64,000 bases of DNA from Octopus vulgaris (Eukaryota). Below are positions 59,851-64,000 of the stretch, one piece after another. Made by a program: the position numbers and the translations under genes. The notes beneath the pieces are model-generated. The model worked only from the letters and a program-made list of their open reading frames with translations, did no database searches and had not been told where the DNA came from. Position 1 is the first letter of the stretch; every line of letters starts with the position of its first letter. The stretch spans positions 94,550,001-94,614,000 of the forward strand of contig OX597821.1 of assembly GCA_951406725.2 (NCBI GenBank). Direction: 5' to 3'.

Positions 59851-60147
59851 TTTAAAGTATATAGAGATTTAGTGGTGGGTATCTGCGTGCTAGTGTGCAT
59901 GCATGGATGTACACAAGCACACACACGTATACAGGTTACACTAGATTCACTTCCACCCTATATGTATGCACATGTACATACGCTATACCCAGACTCAAAT
60001 TAAGCGAAATTTGTAAATAACCTACATGTATCGTGCACATATGATACACACATACATGAACGCGTAATGAATATATTTGCACGCGTGTGATTGTATGTGT
60101 ATATGTGTGAGTATGAGTGTGTGTGCATGCGCATGTGTACGTATGAG

Positions 60148-60184
<37 letters not shown>

Positions 60185-60332
60185 TCAAAATATCAAAGTT
60201 AACAAGTGCAGCAGCAAACGACACTATGGCCAACACATTTAACTGCTGCACAGCAATAACAACAAGAAGCCGCCGGTTGCAAGAAGCAAGAAAAGTAGAT
60301 TAAAAGCAAGTAATATATAACAGTAATAGAGT

Positions 60333-60759
60333 TGTAAAGTATAGAAGCCATCTTATCATGGCTAACCACATAGGGGAGGGGGTGTTACTGTAGTTTTATA
60401 GCCCCAAGAGATCGTCGTCTCCAGCTGGCTTTAGACACCATTTCAGTGCCCTTGAAGTATTTGCAAAGGGAGGCCATCCCTTCCTCGCAAGCCTGAGTGA
60501 TACGCTCGGACTAGTTTCAGGATTTTTGTCCCTTGTCCGAGCGTATCACTCAGGCTTGCGAGGAAGGGATGGCCTCCCTTTGCAAATACTTCAAGGGCAC
60601 TGAAATGGTGTCTAAAGCCAGCTAGAGACGACGATCTCTTGGGGCTATAAAGCTACAGTAACACCCCCTCCCCTATGTGGTTAGCCATGATAAGATGGCT
60701 TCTATACTTTACATTATCGAGCGATTACTGTTTCAATCTCATTCTGAGATTTAATTATG
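60333..60759. mobile_element. Fold-back element: 179-bp arms, 23-nt loop with hammerhead 3' half, 46-bp tail, 14-bp TSD
   Basis: Arms 60333-60511 and 60535-60713 (2 mismatches seen); agtaatagagttgt at 60322-60335 and 60760-60773. Confidence 0.88.
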
Positions 60760-61336
60760 AGTAATAGAGTTGTTATTGTTAAATGTTGTAGACTGTGACG
60801 AGGAAGAGGATGGCTGTTCGCAGTGGTGGCGAAGAGGATGGCTGTTCGCGGTGGTGGTGGTAAAATTCCCATTCGTTTGACTGTGTAGTTTTTTTTTTCT
60901 TATCAGACAGACATATTTCTATAATAGACACTAAAATTGTTTTACTGACGTGAGTATGAGAAATGAATTTATGAGAGCAGACTTTCAAAAGCTAGCCCCC
61001 ACCCCGAGTAATTTAATATAGAAATAAAACAATAAAGAGAGACCGATATAGAAAGAGAAAAAGAGAAAGAAAGAGATTTCAGGTAGAAAGGAAGAGTGAG
61101 AGGAAGTGACACGTGTTTATATGACAATCAGACCTAAATAAAATCTCGTAAAATGGCTGACCTTGAATTTTATTACAAGAAGCTGGGTGTCTAATGAAGT
61201 CCTTTTTAACTGCTTTCCTAATTGTGTCGAAATTGTGAAATGATATTTAGCTTTCCATTTTGTTGCTGTTTAGTTCTATATCAGCTCCAACCCAACTAAA
61301 CACAACACCAGTAACTTTTTTTGTAGCCATATATAG

Positions 61337-61688
61337 GGGTAGGAGTGGCTGTGTGGTAAGTAGCTTGCTTACCAACCACAGGGTTCCAGGTTCAGTCCCA
61401 CTGCGTGGCACCTTGGGCAAGTGTCTTCTACTATAGCCGCGGGCCGACCAAAGCCTTGTGAGTGGATTTGGTAGACGGAAACCCGTCGTATATATGTATA
61501 TATGTATGTGTGAGCATATATTTGAGTGTCTGTGTTTGTCCCCCCGCCCAACATCGCTTGACAATCAATGCTGGTGTGTTTACGTCCCCGTAACTTAGCG
61601 GTTCGGCAAAAGAGACCGATAGAATAAATACTGGGCTTACAGAGAATAAGTCCTGGGGTCGATTTGCTCAACTAAGAGCGGTGCTCCA
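61337..61688 (+). mobile_element. Family B SINE
   Basis: Head through gcggtgctcca. Confidence 0.9.
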
Positions 61689-61999
61689 AATTTGTGGTGA
61701 TAGTGTTTATTGTTGTGTGGTGGTGGTGGTGGTGGTGGTGATGATGGTTGTAATGTTTGTTGTTATGGGTGGTGTTTGTTGTGGTGGTGGTGTTTGTTGT
61801 GGTGGTGGTGCTTGTTGTTGTGGTGATGTGTACTGGTAATGTAAAATAGTGGTGGTTGGGGTGCTAGTGGGGTTTGTGGTGGTGGAGTTTGTGGTAATGG
61901 AATTTGTGGTGGTGGTGTACTGTAATGGCAGTGAGAGAGTATGTGTGCCTGAAAGAGAGAGAGAGGGGGGAGAAAGAGAGAGTGAGTGTGTGTGCGAGA

Positions 62000-62059
<60 letters not shown>

Positions 62060-62706
62060 AAGAGTTTGTGGTATCTTTGGACACATGCTAGCGAATGAAG
62101 AAGAAAATGAAGGAAAAATATGAGGTTAGTGATGAAGGGAGAGATGGTGAGGGCCGGTAGGAAGTTTTGTGAGTGGTGTATGAGATGAAAGGAGGAGGAG
62201 GAAGGCAGAGAGAATATGAATATAAAGAATTTCAAAAAACAAGTAAAAATTTTAAATACCTTTTTTATAGTCAGTTTTCATTTAATATGATGAGTTCAAA
62301 ACGTTTTTTTTTTTAGCACAAAGACACATTTAGGGAAGTATAATCTATTATATCGATCATTGAACTTGATTGAACTTAATTGGCTCCGGAAGGAGGAAAA
62401 ACAAATCGAATGTTTGCGGCATCTGAAGTTAGATCGGAAAGGACGTAACTAAATACCACATGGTATATTTCCGATTTTATACAGTGTGAGTCAGTAAACT
62501 CATCGTTTTCTCGTTTTCTTTAATAGGCATGTGAACATGTGATGTCGAAATGTGGCATTATCTACATCCCCTGCCACATTCATGAACTCACGTGCAAACG
62601 CTTTCACCGTTGCGCGTCATTAGTTACGAGGTAAACAAAACTGTCACGTGACCACTGACATAATCGTACCTGAAGACTAATGTTCATAGAAATGGTATTT
62701 TTTAAA

Positions 62707-62936
62707 AGCAGCGAGCTGGCAGAAACGTTAGCACACCGGGCGAAATGCTTAGCGGTATTTCGTCTGTGTTATGTTGTGAGTTCAAATTCCGCCGAGGTCG
62801 ACTTTCCCTCTCATCCTTTCGGGGTCGATAAATTAAGTACCAGTTACGCACTGGGGTCCATGTAATCGACTTAATACCTATGTCTGTCCTTGTTTGTCCC
62901 CTCTGTGTTTAGCCCCTTGTGGGTAATAAAGAAATA
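62707..62936 (+). mobile_element. Family C SINE with 14-bp TSD
   Basis: ggtattttttaaaa on both sides. Confidence 0.92.
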
Positions 62937-63394
62937 GGTATTTTTTAAAAAACTATCTTACTGGTTTCATCCAATGAACTGTGACTACGCTGGGATATAA
63001 TCGACTGTATTGAAATTCAGTCGATTATATCGATCCAAGTAATAGACTCGGGCTTTATTTTATTGAATGAAAGACAAAGTGAACTCCGGCTTCCTGTCCA
63101 TGAGTAAAATCGTTGACAAACACGTGATCATAAATTTCACTACTTGCGAAGTAAACACAGCGATGTCACTCGGCACACTGCTTCATGAAGGTCCCTGCTA
63201 GCTCTCACCGCGCACCCAACCGTTCAAATCTAACTGGACAACGTAAACCCCCAGCTAGATTTGAACTTAGAGAGTTGATTTCAACAAAATTTTCTTGGGA
63301 TCTAGGACTCAAAAGAGCTGATTACCAGGTTTCCATGGCGAATAAGTAATTAAATTCAAATATTCTTCCTGAATATGATGCCGATCCATGGCAG

Positions 63395-63590
63395 GGTACA
63401 AAGCCCGCAATTTAGTGGAGAGGGAACTAGTCGACTATATTGACCCTGTACTTGGCTGGAATTATATTGACCCCGCAAAGGATGAAAGGCAAAGTTAACT
63501 TCAGCAGGAATTGAACTCAGAACGTAAAGAACCGAAAGAAATTCCGCTACGCATTTTGTCCGACTAGCCAACAATTTCACCAGTTTACTG
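63395..63590 (-). mobile_element. Degenerate family C SINE
   Basis: aaaggatgaaaggcaaagt core and ttgaactcagaacgt B box. Confidence 0.72.
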
Positions 63591-63814
63591 ACTTAAAAGA
63601 AGTAACTGGACGTAATCAAATACCACGTTCAATGCCACTGTTACTGATTGATTGTACCGGTAGATGACTTCGCAGATTTAAATAACGACGTATTAATCCG
63701 CGTTTTAATTTAAACGTTTTTAATTTGACAAAATGAATAACAGCTCTGTGGTTTTGATTGAGTATCGGAGTGTTAGTTAATGTATCAGCGACTAGTATGT
63801 AGTAACTAGCGCCG

Positions 63815-63984
63815 TAGTTCACTGTGTGTTGACAAAGGCATTATTTTGTTTTGGTTTAGTGGGGTTTTTAGCTCTTCGAAAATGGTGAGTGTACAAGCAA
63901 ATCTGATCCTCAAATCAGGTCTGGCTCAAATACTCTGCGATTGAGTGTAATCTGTTGAATGTATTTAAGGGCTAAGTAGTGATG
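63815..63984. repeat. Unclassified 170-bp interspersed repeat, copy 2
   Basis: Matches 58234-58404. Confidence 0.85.
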
Positions 63985-64000
63985 ATAAACCGGGTGACGG

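Noticed and set aside
60800-60860. Tandem duplication gaggatggctgttcgc.gtggtgg (two copies)
   Set aside because: Simple local slippage duplication with no further structure.

Overview
This is AT-rich, repeat-saturated eukaryotic DNA, intergenic or intronic. The SINE families and microsatellite load look like a coleoid cephalopod, most likely Octopus (my recognition, not database-confirmed). No intact protein-coding gene is evident, and most listed ORFs are translations of microsatellites or SINEs. The window holds about 45 copies or fragments of five tRNA-derived SINE families (labelled A-E here), three non-autonomous Helitron-type elements, decayed R4/Dong-type retrotransposons in (TAA)n tracts, pogo/Tigger and L1/Tx1 remnants, and one plausible host exon (20349-20468, minus strand). 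The most interesting signal is a dispersed set of about ten short non-coding elements carrying complete or half minimal hammerhead-ribozyme motifs. Five loci (four with ribozyme motifs) share a fold-back design: truncated inverted arm, full arm, then a unique tail, usually in (TA)n and in one case with a 14-bp target duplication. One has a U3-A8 compensatory core and one sits just downstream of a tRNA-like Pol III promoter. Together they suggest a diverse non-autonomous Penelope-type or retrozyme-like system.
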